Shown in pieces: positions 1-12,600 of a stretch of 64,000 bases of DNA. Every line of letters starts with the position of its first letter. Positions within the stretch are counted from its first letter, which is position 1. The stretch lies in NCBI RefSeq assembly GCF_009914755.1, contig NC_060930.1; one strand, given 5' to 3'. The stretch comes from the human T2T-CHM13v2.0 reference genome, Homo sapiens. The notes below the pieces were generated by a model. That model was not told the DNA's origin. It searched no databases and worked only from the letters and a program-made list of their open reading frames with translations. Made by a program: the position numbers and the translations under genes.

Positions 1-9
1 AGCCAAAGT

Positions 10-400
10 CTGCAAACAACCAAATTATCCACTAGTTAGAATACATAAAGAAATTGTTTCCTCTTTAGACAACTGAATATTAGATAGCAATGAAAATGAA
101 GGATTATTGCTACATTTAACATGAGTAGATCTCACAGACATAATGCTGAATGAATGAAGCCAGATGAAACATATTGCATGAATTCAGTCATGGAAAGTTC
201 AAACACAGGCAAAAATAAGAAGGATTAGGGATAGAAGAAGGGATAGTGACTGGAGGAGGACTCCTGGGGGTGTTAGTAATGCTTTATTTCTGGATCTGGT
301 TGGCATTACATGATTGTATTTATTTTGAGGACAGATCAAACTGTTCAGTTTGGCATACTTTTCTGTCTGATGTTATAGTTCAATGAAATGTTTGTTTAAA
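10..400 (+). mobile_element. Ancient L1 (L1MC/L1ME-type) 3' end fragment
   Basis: Degenerate L1 3' motifs 'atctcacagacataatgctgaatgaatgaagccaga' and 'ggaaagttcaaacacaggcaaaa'; boundaries approximate. Confidence 0.6.
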
Positions 401-522
401 TAAAATATAGAACAGATATGATCACAGAATATATGATAGCATTTTAAATTAAAAAGCATTAATTATGGGAATGAGTTGAAAATTATCAGATATATAACAT
501 TTTTGAGTTCACAATAACAATA

Positions 523-1064
523 CAGTAGTCTCCTCATAATCCACAGGAGATGTGTTCTGAGAGACTCAGTGAGTACTGAAACCATGGAGAGTACCAAACC
601 CTATATCTACAGAGTTTTTTCTACAAATACATATGATAAAGTTTAATGTATAAGTTATGCACAGGAAGATATTAACAACAATAACTAATAGTAGAAGGAA
701 ACAAATACAACAGTATGTCAGCGTCACTACTCTTGTGTTTTGGGGCCATTATTAAGTAACATATGGGTTACTTGAACATAAGCACCATGATACCATGACA
801 GTTGATATGATAACAGAGGCAACTACTTAGTGACTGATGGGCAGATTTTGTGTACAATGTGGATATAATGGACAAAAGGATGATTAACAGCCTGAGTGGA
901 ATGAAAAGGGATGGCATGAGATTTCAACATGCTACTCAGAATGGTCCGTGATTTAAAATTTCATTTATTGTTTATTTCTGCGATTTTTCATTTAATATTT
1001 TAGGACCATGGTTGACCTCAGGTAACTTAAATCCCAGAAAGTGGAAGATAAGGAGGAACTACTG
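523..1064 (-). mobile_element. MER44 (Tigger7-derived, TcMar) non-autonomous DNA transposon, complete
   Basis: Terminal inverted repeats cagtagtctcctcataatcc ... gataaggaggaactactg; TA target duplication at 521-522 and 1065-1066; interior matches reverse complement of recalled MER44 consensus (tggggccattattaagtaa...gggttacttgaaca). Confidence 0.85.
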
Positions 1065-2454
1065 TAATAACAAAGCACATTGGTCTTCTTTGGTCATCAC
1101 TAGGGCATCAATATACTTTTCATGAATTCTGTTTTGGATTAAATCCAACAGACTTGATTCTCACTTGCAATTATAATATGCCTACTGTATGCCAGGGATC
1201 AGGTTAGATCCAGGAGGTTCATGATGAATAGGTATATCAGCCTCTTAAAGTTAACCTTCTGACCTGGGCAGTCTGCATGACATCTAGCTCTGGGGACCTA
1301 GGTTACTTGAAGGCTGCTCTTTTTGGCTGGCTGCTTCCCCTCTTTTATCTGCTCATCTAAGGTGGCTGGACATTTACCATTTTATAATCTAATTAAAGCC
1401 AGAGAAGTTTGTAATTTTTTGCATATGTTACATGTCTTGTCATGTTTAAATACTGAACTATAGATATCCAAATTTAGGTATTTCTGAAGCCACTAGTCAC
1501 TAGCAGAGAGGGAGGATTCCATGGCCTACATGTTGCTGGGTAGCAGTGGGGCTACTACCCATGAGGGAGAGAGTGAATGTCCCCCACCATTTAACCTGTA
1601 GTTCTAACTTCTGGAGAAAAAAAGAAATTGAAGAGAAGGGTTTGAAAAAGGGTTTGATGAAAAAACCTTGAGATTATCTAAGAGATTTCTTAGGACGTTG
1701 ATGCCTACTTACCTACAAATCTTTATTTCACTTGTTAATCAGAAAGGAGACTCATATAATTTTTATTAGCTCTTTCAGATGCCTCCCTAACTATTTAAAA
1801 CTCCACCATTTATACGCTGGCCCAGAACTTAGTCAAGAGATGGGGCCATGAATTTGAAAATTAGTTACTACCTTTTTTGACCTTGGATAAATTTACGCCA
1901 TCTCTCTTTGTTCCCTCATATTGATATCATAATACCTGAACTGTGTTTTAAATTAAGGGAAGAGCTGTCTTGCTTGGAAAAATCATTTTAAATTCTCTGA
2001 GAAATAACCAGGAATAAATAGATGTTTCAAATGTCTTCACCTCCCTAGAGTTTATCAGACAAAAGACTTGCCAACCCCAAACATAATAGTTAATGTTTTC
2101 TCACAGGGAGAGTCCCTAATGTTTCTACTTTTTGTGCAGCAACATTAATCTTAAGCCTACATGGAATTAAAGCTATTTTAATTAAGCATATAACTTGATA
2201 CTTTCTAACCTTAAATTTGAAGATGATAAAGCATTTTATAATGGTCAATGAATTAAGTAACCCTGGGGCTTTCATAGACATGATTAGAAAGGGTAACTAT
2301 CCAATTATTCTAGATGTAGCACTGAAAGAGCTGCGGTAGCCAGCCAAGGAGTTTGGACTCTAAAGAGCTTTATTTCATGAAAATATGTGTTCACAAAGTT
2401 GCTGAGCCAAGAAGAAGTATTTATACTGCTGGAGTGGAAGTTTATATTTAATAA

Positions 2455-2570
2455 TTCATTCAACAAATATTTATTAAACACCTGCTGTATACATTCTTCT
2501 GAGTACTAGAGATACAATGGTGACACAGTCATTGTTCCTATAGACTCACATTCTATGGAAGGAGAGAGAA
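2455..2570 (-). mobile_element. L2 3' end fragment
   Basis: 'attcattcaacaaatatttattaaacacctgctgt...tagagatacaatggtgacac' is the typical L2 tail. Confidence 0.7.
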
Positions 2571-2743
2571 CAAATAGGCTACATTCTTGGTTAGGGCAGA
2601 CCAGTATTTCAAATAAAATATCCCACTGAGTTTCGTTAGAAAATCTGGACACACAAAAAGTCTGCTGGAAATTATCAGGGTGCCAAAATAATTATGGGGC
2701 CAGGATGGAGGAGAGCAGGGGGCTCTGGGCAGTGAGACTTGTG

Positions 2744-2786
2744 TTTAAGGGGTTAGGGAGGGAGAGCTTATCACAGGTTCGGATTA
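2744..2786 (-). repeat. 43-bp inverted copy of 5268-5310 (LTR interior)
   Basis: Reverse complement taatccgaacctgtgataagctctccctccctaaccccttaaa matches 5268-5310 at 42/43 positions. Confidence 0.92.
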
Positions 2787-2874
2787 ACCTTGGTTGGGGG
2801 ACATTTACTGACTTTGACAGGAGGCTGAGAGTGGAGCTTTTGATTGCTTCATAGACTGGGGGCACAGTGATTAG

Positions 2875-3725
2875 ACAGAGAAAAGCTGAACAAACCATTA
2901 GCAATCTTGACCTAATGAACATATTTACAATAATGCTTCTCCCAAATATTCTTTTCAAGGGCATGTGGAACATTTACAGAAATTGATTATATATTGGGCC
3001 AGAAAGTAGCTCTCAATGTAGTTGAAAGGATTGAAGGCATACAGAATATGCTTTATCATAATGTAATTATCTTAGAAACGAATTGCAAAAAGACAACTGG
3101 AATATCACCATATGCTTTGAAATAAAGAGATACATGGCTGATGGGTCAAAGAAAAAAAAGAAAACTAGAAAATACTTTATAATAAAAATAGTAATTATCA
3201 AAAACTATGGGATACAAGCAGAGCTGTACTTAGAGGAAAATTTATAACCTTAATTGCACATACTGTAAGTGAAAAAACTGAAAAAAATCAATGAACACAA
3301 TAATCATGGCAAAAATTAGGACATAATATTAAACCCAAAGAGAATAGAAGGAAGGAAATCAGATTTAGAAAGAAGTTATGGAAATAGAAAACATATAAGC
3401 AATAGAAAGCATCAACAATAATCAATAAGCTCTTGGTGAGACTAATCAGAAGAATTAAAGCATGCACAAATAACCAATATCAGAAATGCAAGAGAACACA
3501 TTTCTACAGCGCCTACAGACATGAAACTGATGAGACTATTGTGAACAACTTAATGCCAATATATTTAAATGTTTCAACGAATTGACTAACTTAGTAAAAT
3601 GCAGCATAGTTGCATTTGCATAAGCAAAGTTGATTATAATAAGGACATTTAAAAAATGAATAGTTCTATTTTTATTGAAGTAATTAAGTCTGTAATTTAA
3701 AACTTCCAACAATGTAATTTTTAGG
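2875..3725 (+). mobile_element. Ancient L1M ORF2 fragment (endonuclease end/linker)
   Basis: 'catgtggaacatttacagaaattgattatatattgggcc' and 'gctgtacttagaggaaaatttataaccttaattgca' resemble L1 ORF2; no open frame. Confidence 0.75.
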
Positions 3726-3939
3726 CCATTAATGGCCTTCTTCTGTTCTCAAGCATCTCAAATCTTTATGAAAGCCAGTATTAATTTACACCCAATATTG
3801 CTACAAGAAATGGAGTGACACATTTTTTAGTTGTAGTCAGAAAAATAAAAATATTGCTATTGATTTTCCTGAAGCCTTAATAGAAACTCCAAAACATGAA
3901 AAATATCTTTGTTTTATTCTATTAATTTAACCATAACGG

Positions 3940-4390
3940 TGTAGGTTTAATTTTCACAATAGCATTATAAAATAGGTGTTACTATCTTTTTAAAAGTAGA
4001 TAAAGAAATTATGTCTGAGAGAGGTAAAGTAATTGTTGAAACCAGCTTGCAACCAGTCTGTCCGAAACAATCAAACTTTTCTCCACTGTGTCACATTGCC
4101 CTCTTGTTTTGCAAACTAAGTTTGAAGGATATGAATAGGGAAGCCTAACGTTAACTCATCGAGACCCTCGGGCATTGTGTTTCATGGAGAGAGACACAAT
4201 GTGGACTCATAGTTGGAAAAAGTTGGGTTGTTCCACTTGTTAGCTATGACCCTGAGCAAATTCACATAACTTCTTTTTGCTTTATGTTTTTAAATTTGTT
4301 AAGATGCTTTTTATGATACCTAACACACAAGATTATGGTGAGAATTAAATTATGCATATGAGTGTTTTTATAATTACCACCTGGTACTTA
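3940..4390. mobile_element. Two MIR fragments in opposite orientation (~3940-4100 minus, ~4200-4390 plus)
   Basis: MIR core motifs 'gagagaggtaaagtaattg', 'ttccacttgttagctatgaccctgagcaaattcacataac', 'gattatggtgagaattaaat'. Confidence 0.6.
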
Positions 4391-5078
4391 AGTATGTGGA
4401 TCTACGCTTTAAATATTTCCTCATACTGTTTTTATTCTCTTATAAAATGTCTGAGTAGTATCTTCTAAAATACAGGTGTTTTCTGCTCTTTTAAAATTGT
4501 CTCTCAAATCTCATATGATTCCCAAGGAGAGAAAAGCTCATCTTTAAAAACATTCTGACATCAGTCTGGGGACCTAGATGCTAATGTGATAAGTACCTCT
4601 GAAATAAATATTTTAAATAAGATTTTACTGCCTCAATAAACCCTTTTCCTGCTGCCCTGATTTCTCATTTTGATCATCAACATAAGAAAACTCCTAGAGC
4701 AAACTGTCAAGTGTCATCCATCATCAAAAATGAAGTAAGAAATCTCAATAAGAATCTCTAGAAACTTCCAGTAAATCAGTTGTTTCTTTAATCATGCCTC
4801 TGTGTCTTTTTTCTAATATCTTTCAAATTTGATGCTGACATCCTGAAAGAAAAAACGAGAAAGTAGTTAACTTTACTAAATTCAGGATGAGGTTAAGAAT
4901 AATGCAACTTCTCATACCATTGTTTTTTTTCTTTCTCAATAGTATTTAAAGCATTAGTGAACACAAGAAAGGCATTAGCCATGAAAAAAACTCTATAGAT
5001 AGTGATTAAATGAGTGGGGAATTCGTCAGCTAAGTTTCAAGTATGAAATCATGAAAATCTAATTTTTCAAACTCTTCT

Positions 5079-5443
5079 TGACAGAGCAAGAGCATCACCA
5101 TCTTGGACAAACACTGCCATTTTAAGTTCCCCTTGATTAAAAACTGCCTAAATCCAGCCCAAAAAACATCAGCCTAATGGCTAATGTCAGCATGACCACA
5201 AACTGTAAATGACACCTCTGACCAGAAACATTTCAACCCTGCAATAAAATTCTCATCCACCCAGAAATAATCCGAACCTGCGATAAGCTCTCCCTCCCTA
5301 ACCCCTTAAATACCCTTAGTCTGTAAGAGAGAATGCTCCTGATCTGAATCAGCCAGAAAGCCCTCTCAGGTTTATTCTCCCAAATAAACCTGTCTTTGAC
5401 TGTTGAGCCACTTTTTGTGTTTCTTCTTTCTTTAGCCCTTACA
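5079..5443 (+). mobile_element. ERV1-class solo LTR (MER66-like; subfamily uncertain)
   Basis: TG...CA termini, TATA-like ccttaaatac (~5305), AATAAA (~5383), LTR-type start tgacagagcaagagcatcaccatcttggac; no clean TSD. Confidence 0.75.
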
Positions 5444-6787
5444 ATTATAGTTAATAATGCTCGCAAAACTTCTGAATGTGATTGTACTTTCTTAGTCCTT
5501 GATAACAGGTAAGGGTAAATTAGCAAAAAATTAATGTTTATTGTTTCTCTGTATATACATTAGGGAGGTAGTTCTAAAACAGCTAAAAAAAAATACCTGT
5601 TTTTAGTTGAAGAAATCTGTGTTGAGGCCCTAGCTCTGCCACTTACTTATTAATCACGTTAAGCCTTAGTTTTCTCATAGTTTCCACTACTAAAGAACTA
5701 ACATGGTGACCACAATGTTAAGTACCATTACAGTGGCAGAGACAGTGTCTATTATTACCTTCACAACTTATCTCTACAGCCTACAATCTTTCCACTAAGC
5801 CTTGCATGGATAGAAGCTGGATATAACGCAATCTTGGGAAATGGTGGGACTTGTAGACCCTCAAAATGTTCTTTTTGAAAATGAAGCTATATTGTAAAGT
5901 ACGGTAGTTATAGATTGCATGAAAAATTGGGCTTCAGGGTCTCCTACAAGTTAAAGGAAATTCATTTTCTTTCCTTTGTTTCTTTCCTTTTTGTGGAGAG
6001 CATAGGAAAATAATTTTATTTGTTGGAATTCTGGTTGTTTGGTTTCTAAGAATTCTAAAGAGATTTTAAAATTGTATTACAAATTCTAAACTAGTCAGTT
6101 CTGAATTAGGTTGAAATTGGATTTGCATTTTCTTTTTCCTACCAGTTGGATGTAAAATCATTAGTAATAATTGTGAAGAATCATGTATGTTTCTCTGACT
6201 ATGGTGATTTGCTGGAAACAAGAGAGAATAACTTTTAAACACAGAGCAGTTTTTTTACTAAAAATTTCTATCATTTGTAAGGGGCTGAGGTGTCTGTTTA
6301 GACATTTAAGGGGCTTTTACATTTCTCCTCCTCGGTACTTTCCTAGTCCTGGTTGTGGTTGAAAGCCAAATAATTATCAGTATATTAGAGTAGCAAAGCT
6401 TTTCTCATGTTAAATTGAGGTATGAATATAATAGAGCAAAACTCTTTCTATGGAAAAACAACAGATTCACTGACTTCAGTTTGCATATGTGTATGTAGTC
6501 AGCTCATGATTCCAACCAATGTGCAAGTCCCCAGGAGTGTGTGAGTTTACCAAAGAAGCACTATCAATGGCATTTTACATTTGTGTGGTTCTTGGACTGA
6601 ATGAAGAATCATAACCTTGAATAAAATGCGAATCTATTGTGCATTGTGTGGTTTCACTTGCTTTTTCTCATTCTTATCCTCGTTAACCCTGTCTTCCACC
6701 TGCCAGTCTTCCAGTCTAGAAAATTGTCTAGTTACTTAGCTTTCGCATGAAGCATGTTTAGCAGGTTCAGTGTATTTACATGGGAGT

Positions 6788-6872
6788 GTATGTGAATATA
6801 TATATCTGTGTGTGTATATATGACTGTATATATATGTGAATATATATGTGTATGTGAAATATATATATATAT
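6788..6872. repeat. (TA)n/(TG)n compound microsatellite
   Basis: Alternating TA/TG run seen directly. Confidence 0.9.
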
Positions 6873-7121
6873 TAGAATTGTGGGTTGGATATCTTACAAC
6901 AACACTACCACTTTAAAAAAGTCTAAAAAATAATCCCTGGAAAATATAGAGAAGAAATCTTTTCAAATGAGCTGATAAGCTGGAAAGTTAGTAAAGAATA
7001 ATGTCTCAAGATTGATTTCAAGACCAAAAATAGGATATGGGAAAGGTAAGTGCAACACTGAAGCCAGATTTTATTTTGAGAGCATTTACCAAACCCAATG
7101 AATTGGATCTTATTTTCAGTC

Positions 7122-7509
7122 TGTTAAAAACTGCAGCCAAATTAAATTTAAAGGAGTTTACTTGAGCAATGAATGATTTGTGAATCAGGCATTCCCCAGA
7201 AACACGGCAGATTCAGAGAGACTCCAGCGCTGCCACTTGGTGGAAGATTTATGGACAGCAAAAGGAAAGTGACATGCAGAAAATGGAAGTGAGGTACAGA
7301 AACAGCTGGATTGGTTACAGCTTGGCATTTGCCTTATTTGAACACGATTCAAACAGTTGGCTACATCTGACCAAAACTCAGTGATTGGCACAGGTGTAGG
7401 CTACAGTCAGTTTAAACCTCCACTTGTTATAGTTCACGATGTACAGAAAAACTTTTAGGCCAAACTTAAATATGTAAGAATGCAGCTTTAGGCTACACTT
7501 CATTTAACA
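7122..7509 (-). mobile_element. MER57 (ERV1) solo LTR
   Basis: TG...CA termini; perfect 4-bp TSD agtc at 7118-7121 and 7510-7513; reverse complement matches recalled MER57 (gtgttcaaataaggcaaatgccaagctgtaaccaatcc). Confidence 0.9.
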
Positions 7510-9229
7510 AGTCTCACAGGTACAGAAGTGACAAGTGGCAAAGATTAGGGACCACTAATAATAGTGAACAATATCTCCCTCTGTATAAAGTTGGAAAACC
7601 AGAACAATACACCTTCAGCGTAAGGGTGAAATAAACATGCTTTTCCCACCCATCCCTAAGGGTCTTCATGGAAAATTACTGGATTTGAACCTTGGTACTA
7701 AGTACAGGGAAAGAATCTTCCTGTGAATTCATAACTGACAGCTTTGAACTGGTTTATAGCCTGTATTCATACCACCCAGGTGGTCTGGAAAACAATAAAA
7801 TTACTCATTTAGTTTAACAGGATTCTGAGCTAGTATCCCCAGGTACTGGCAGAAGTAAATGCAGATCATCTCTAGAAAAATCTACTTTCAGCACAGGCCT
7901 CAGAAATTCTCCACAGAGGAAATTTCAAGAAATTGTGACCTCTTCATTGAAAATCATGAGGCCTGACATGATGCCACAAGAAAGAAAGCAGAAACAAGAA
8001 AATCTTCAAAGGATTGGCATGTTGGCATTATCAGACACATAGTATATAAATTAGATGCTTAGTATGTTTAAAGATATAAATGATGACAAAAGTATGTTAA
8101 AAATGGTCAAACATTTAAAAATTAAGGAGAACTCCTAGAATTAAAATTAGTTGAAATTAAAAATTCAATAGGTAATTTTGACAGCAGATTAGATACATTT
8201 AAAATAAGAATTAGTAGAATAAAAGACACATTTGAAGATATTAAAATGTGTACTGAAAGACAAAGAGGTAGCAAATTTGAAAGAGAAGACTCATGGAATA
8301 TAAAATGAAAAGGTCTAAACATATTTAATCATGTAGAAGAAAGAGGGAGGTCATATATAGCAGAGGAAAATCCCAAGAGCTAATAATCAAGAGTTTTCTC
8401 AAATAAATGAAAGATATGAATCCACAAACTCAGAATGTGCCTGAAATACCAAGCAAAATAGATGTGTATCTGGACATATGTAATAAAACTATAAAATATT
8501 TTTTAACTGTAGAATATTTTAATAATCAAAGAAAAGGGCTTAAGAACAGCCAGAGACAAAACAATTACTTTAAACTGAGTGACAAGTAGACTGACAGTGG
8601 CTTTCTTCACAACAATAATAGTAGAAATGGAATAATATCTTAAATGAGCTGAGAGAAAATACTGTGACAATTGCAAATTTGGTACACAATAAAAAAATTG
8701 TCAATAACAAGGTGAAATAAAGACAGTTTCAGATAAAAAAGAATTGGGGCATTTACAACCAACAGAGAGTCACTTCCAGTGGAAAAGACATTATCCTAGT
8801 TGGAGGAACTGAGGTGAAAGAAGGAATGAGAAAAACAGGTATTAAAATCAAAATAAACATTGACTGTATAAAAGCAACAATCTTCTGGGATTTAAAAAAA
8901 CAGAACTAAAACATACAATAATAAGTCTGAGTTGGATGACTGGGGTTAATTCTAAAGTACTTGTATAGTTTGGGAGAAGGTAAACAGTTAAATATGTTTC
9001 GTGCTTTGATAAGTTTCATATAATATCTAGGTTTCTAGGTAACCAGATGCACAAAAAAGAGAGCTAGAGTATATATATAAAATATCCTTACTAGAGGAAT
9101 AAAAAAGATAAAAAATCGATTTATTTCTTTTTTCATTTATCACAATAATATATTAATATATCTTATAATATATATTTATATACATTATATTTTTCATAAC
9201 ATAATATACAATATACATTACATTAATAT

Positions 9230-9350
9230 ATTTTTTCCAGACCAGAATTCAATCTAGGATCATGCTTTGCAATTAGTTGTCATATCTCTGTAGTGTCATT
9301 TAAGCTATAACAGTTTCTTCAGTTTGTCTTTGTTTATGACCTTGATACTT
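9230..9350 (-). mobile_element. Short L1MC-type 3' UTR internal fragment
   Basis: 'ccagaattcaatctaggatcatgctttgcaattagttgtcatatctctgtagt...tatgaccttgatac' resembles L1MC4/5 3' UTR. Confidence 0.55.
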
Positions 9351-9604
9351 TATTAAATTTCTTTAAAAATGTTTTTATAATTTTTTTAAAATTTTTAAAA
9401 AAAATTTGTAAATTTCAATAGCTATTGAGGAACAGGTGGTGTTTGGTTACATGAATAAATTCACCTGTGATGATTTCTGAGATTTTGGTGTACCCATCAC
9501 CCAAGTAGTGTACTCAGTACCCAATGTGTATTCTTTTATCCGTCACCCACCCCACCATTTTACCCTAGTCCCCAAAGCCTATTGTGTCTTTCCTATGTCT
9601 TAGC

Positions 9605-12600
9605 TCCCACTTATGAGTGAGAACATATGATGTTTGATTTTCCATTTGAGTTACTTCACTTAGAATAATGGTCTCCAATTTTATCTAGGTTGCTGCAAAT
9701 ACCATTATTTTGTTCCTTTTTATGGCTGAGTAGTACTCCATGGTATATATATACCACATTTTCTTTATCCACTCATTGATTGACAGGCATTTGGGCTGGT
9801 TCCATATTTTTGCAATTGTGAATTGTGAATTGTGCTGCTATAAACATGTGTGTGCAAGTTTCTTTTTCATATGACTTATTTATCTCTGGGTAGATACCCA
9901 GTAGTAGGATTGCTGGATCACTTATTTACCTCTGGATAGATACCCAGTAGTGGGATTGCTGGATCAAATGGTAGTTCTTTTAGTTCTTTAAGGGATCTTT
10001 GCATTATTTTCCATAGTGGTTATTCTAGTTTACATTCTCACCAGCAATGCAGAAGTGTTCCTTTTCACCACATCCACACCAAAATCTATTATTTTTTTGA
10101 TTTTTTGATTATGGCCATTCTTGCAGGAGTAAGGTGATATAACATTGTGGCTTTGATATGTATTTCCCTGATGATGTTGGGCATTATTTTCATATATTTT
10201 TTGGGCATTTATATATGTTCTTTTGAGAAATTTCTATTCATGTCCTTATCCCACTTTTTGTTGGGATTGTTTGTTTCTTGCTTGCTGATTTGTTTGAGTT
10301 CCTTTTTGATTCTGGATATTCGTCCTTTGTCAGATGCATACCTTGTGACTATTTACTCCCACTTAGTGGGTTGTCTGTTTTCTCTGCTGATTGTTTCTTT
10401 TGCTGAAGGTTTTTAGTTTAATTAAGTCACACCTATTTATCTTCTTTTTGTTGCATTTGCTTTTGGGTTCTTCATGAAGTCTTTGCCTAAGCCAATGTCT
10501 AGAAGGGTTTTTCCCATGTTACCTTCTAGAATTTTTATGGTTTCAGGTCTTAGGTTTAAGCCTTTGATCCATCTTGAGTTGATTTTTGTATAAGGTGAGT
10601 TTTTTTTTTTTTTGTATAAGGTGAGTTTTTTTGTATAAGGATCCAGTTTCATTCTTCTACATGTGTCTTGCCAATTATTCCAGTACATTTTGTTGAATAG
10701 GGTGTCTTTTCCCCCTTTATGTTTCTGTTTGCTTTGTCAAAGCTCAGTTGGCTGTATGTATTTGGCTTGATTTCTGGGTTCTTTATTCTGTTCCATTGGA
10801 CTATGTGCCTATTTTTATACTGTATTGGTGTATTGGTGACTATGGACTTATAGTATAGTTTGAAGTCGAGTAATGAGATGTCTTCAGATTTATTCCTTTT
10901 ATTTGGTCTTGCTTTGGCTATGTGGGCTCTTTTTTAGTTTCATATGAATTTTAGGATTGTTTTTTCTAGTTTGTGAAGAATGATGTTGGTATTTTGATGG
11001 GAATTGCATTGAATGTGTAGATTGCTTTTATCAGTATGGTCATTTTCACAATACTGATTCTACCCATCCATGAGCATGGGATGTGTTTTCATTTGTTTGT
11101 GTCATCTATGATTTCTTTCAGCAGTGTTTTGTAGTTTTCTTTGTACAGGTCTTTCACATCCTTAGTTAGGTATATTTCTAAATATTTTATTTTTGTAGCT
11201 ATTGTGAAAGGGATTGAGTTCTTGATTTGATTCTCAGCTTGGTCACTGTTGGCATATAGCAGGGTTACTGACTTGTGTACATTAATTTTGTATCCTAAAA
11301 CTTTGCTGAATTTATTTATCAGTTCTAGAAACTTTTTGGATGAGTCTTTAGGGTTTTCTAGGTATACAATCATGTCATCAGCAAACAGCAACATTTTGAG
11401 TTTGTCTTTACTGATTTGGATGTGCTTAATTTCTTTTTCTTGTCTGATTGCTCTAGCTAGGAATTCCAGTGCTATGTTGAATAGAAGGGTGAAAGTGAAC
11501 ATCCTTGTCTCGTTCCAGTTCTCAGGTGGAATGCTTTCAACCTTTCCCCATTCAGTATAATGTTGGCTGTGGGTTTGTCATAGATAACTTTTATTACCTT
11601 AAGGTATATCACCTGTATGTTGATTTTGCTGAGTGTTTTAATCACAAAGCAATGCTGAATTTCACTAGATATTTTTTCTGCATCTATTGATTATAATCAT
11701 TTGATTTTTGTTTTTAATTCTGTTTATGTGGTGTATCACATTTATTGACTTACCTTTGTTAAACCATCCCTGCATCCCTGGTATGGAATCCACTTGATCA
11801 TGGTGGATTATCTTTTTGATATGCTGTTGAATTTGGTTAGCTAGTATTTTGTTGAGAATCTTTGCATCTGTGTTCATCAGGGATATTGATCTGTAGTTTT
11901 CTTTCTTCGTTATGTCATTTCCTGGTTTTGGTATTAGGGTGATACTGGCTTCATAGAATGATTTAGGGGGGGATTCCCTCTTACTCTATTGTTAGGAACA
12001 GTGTCAACAGGATTGCTACCAATTCTTCTTTTAATATCTGATAGAATTCAGCTGTGAATCCTTCTGGTCCCGGAATTTTTTTTTTGGTAACTTTAATTAC
12101 CATTTCAATCTTGCTGCTTGTTATTGGTCTGTTCAGAGTTTCTATTTCTTCCTGGTTTAATCTAGGAGGATTGTATAATTCCAGAAATTTATCCATATCC
12201 TCTAGGTTTTCTAGTTTATGCATGTAAAGGTGTTCATAATAGCCTTAAATGATCTTTCATATCTCTGTCGTATCAGTTGTAATATCTCCCATTTTGTTTC
12301 TAATTGAGCTTTTTGGATCTGCTCTCTTTTTTACTTGGTCAATCTTGCTAAAGGTCTATCAATTTTATTTATCTTTTCAAAGAACCAGCTTTTTGTTTCA
12401 TTTATCTTTTTGTTTGTTTCCATTTTGTTCAGTTCTGCTCTGATGTTGGTTATTTCTTTTCTTCTACTGGGTTTTGGCTTGGCTTGTTCTTGTTTCTCTA
12501 GTTCCTTGAGGTGTGACCTTAGTTTGTTTATTTGTGCTCTTTCAGACTTTTTGAGGTAGACATTTAATGCTATGAACTTTCTTCTTAGCACAGGTTTTGC

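Noticed and set aside
1538-1560. Small hairpin gggtagcag-tgggg-ctactaccc
   Set aside because: A 9-bp imperfect stem is expected by chance; too short for a miRNA precursor.
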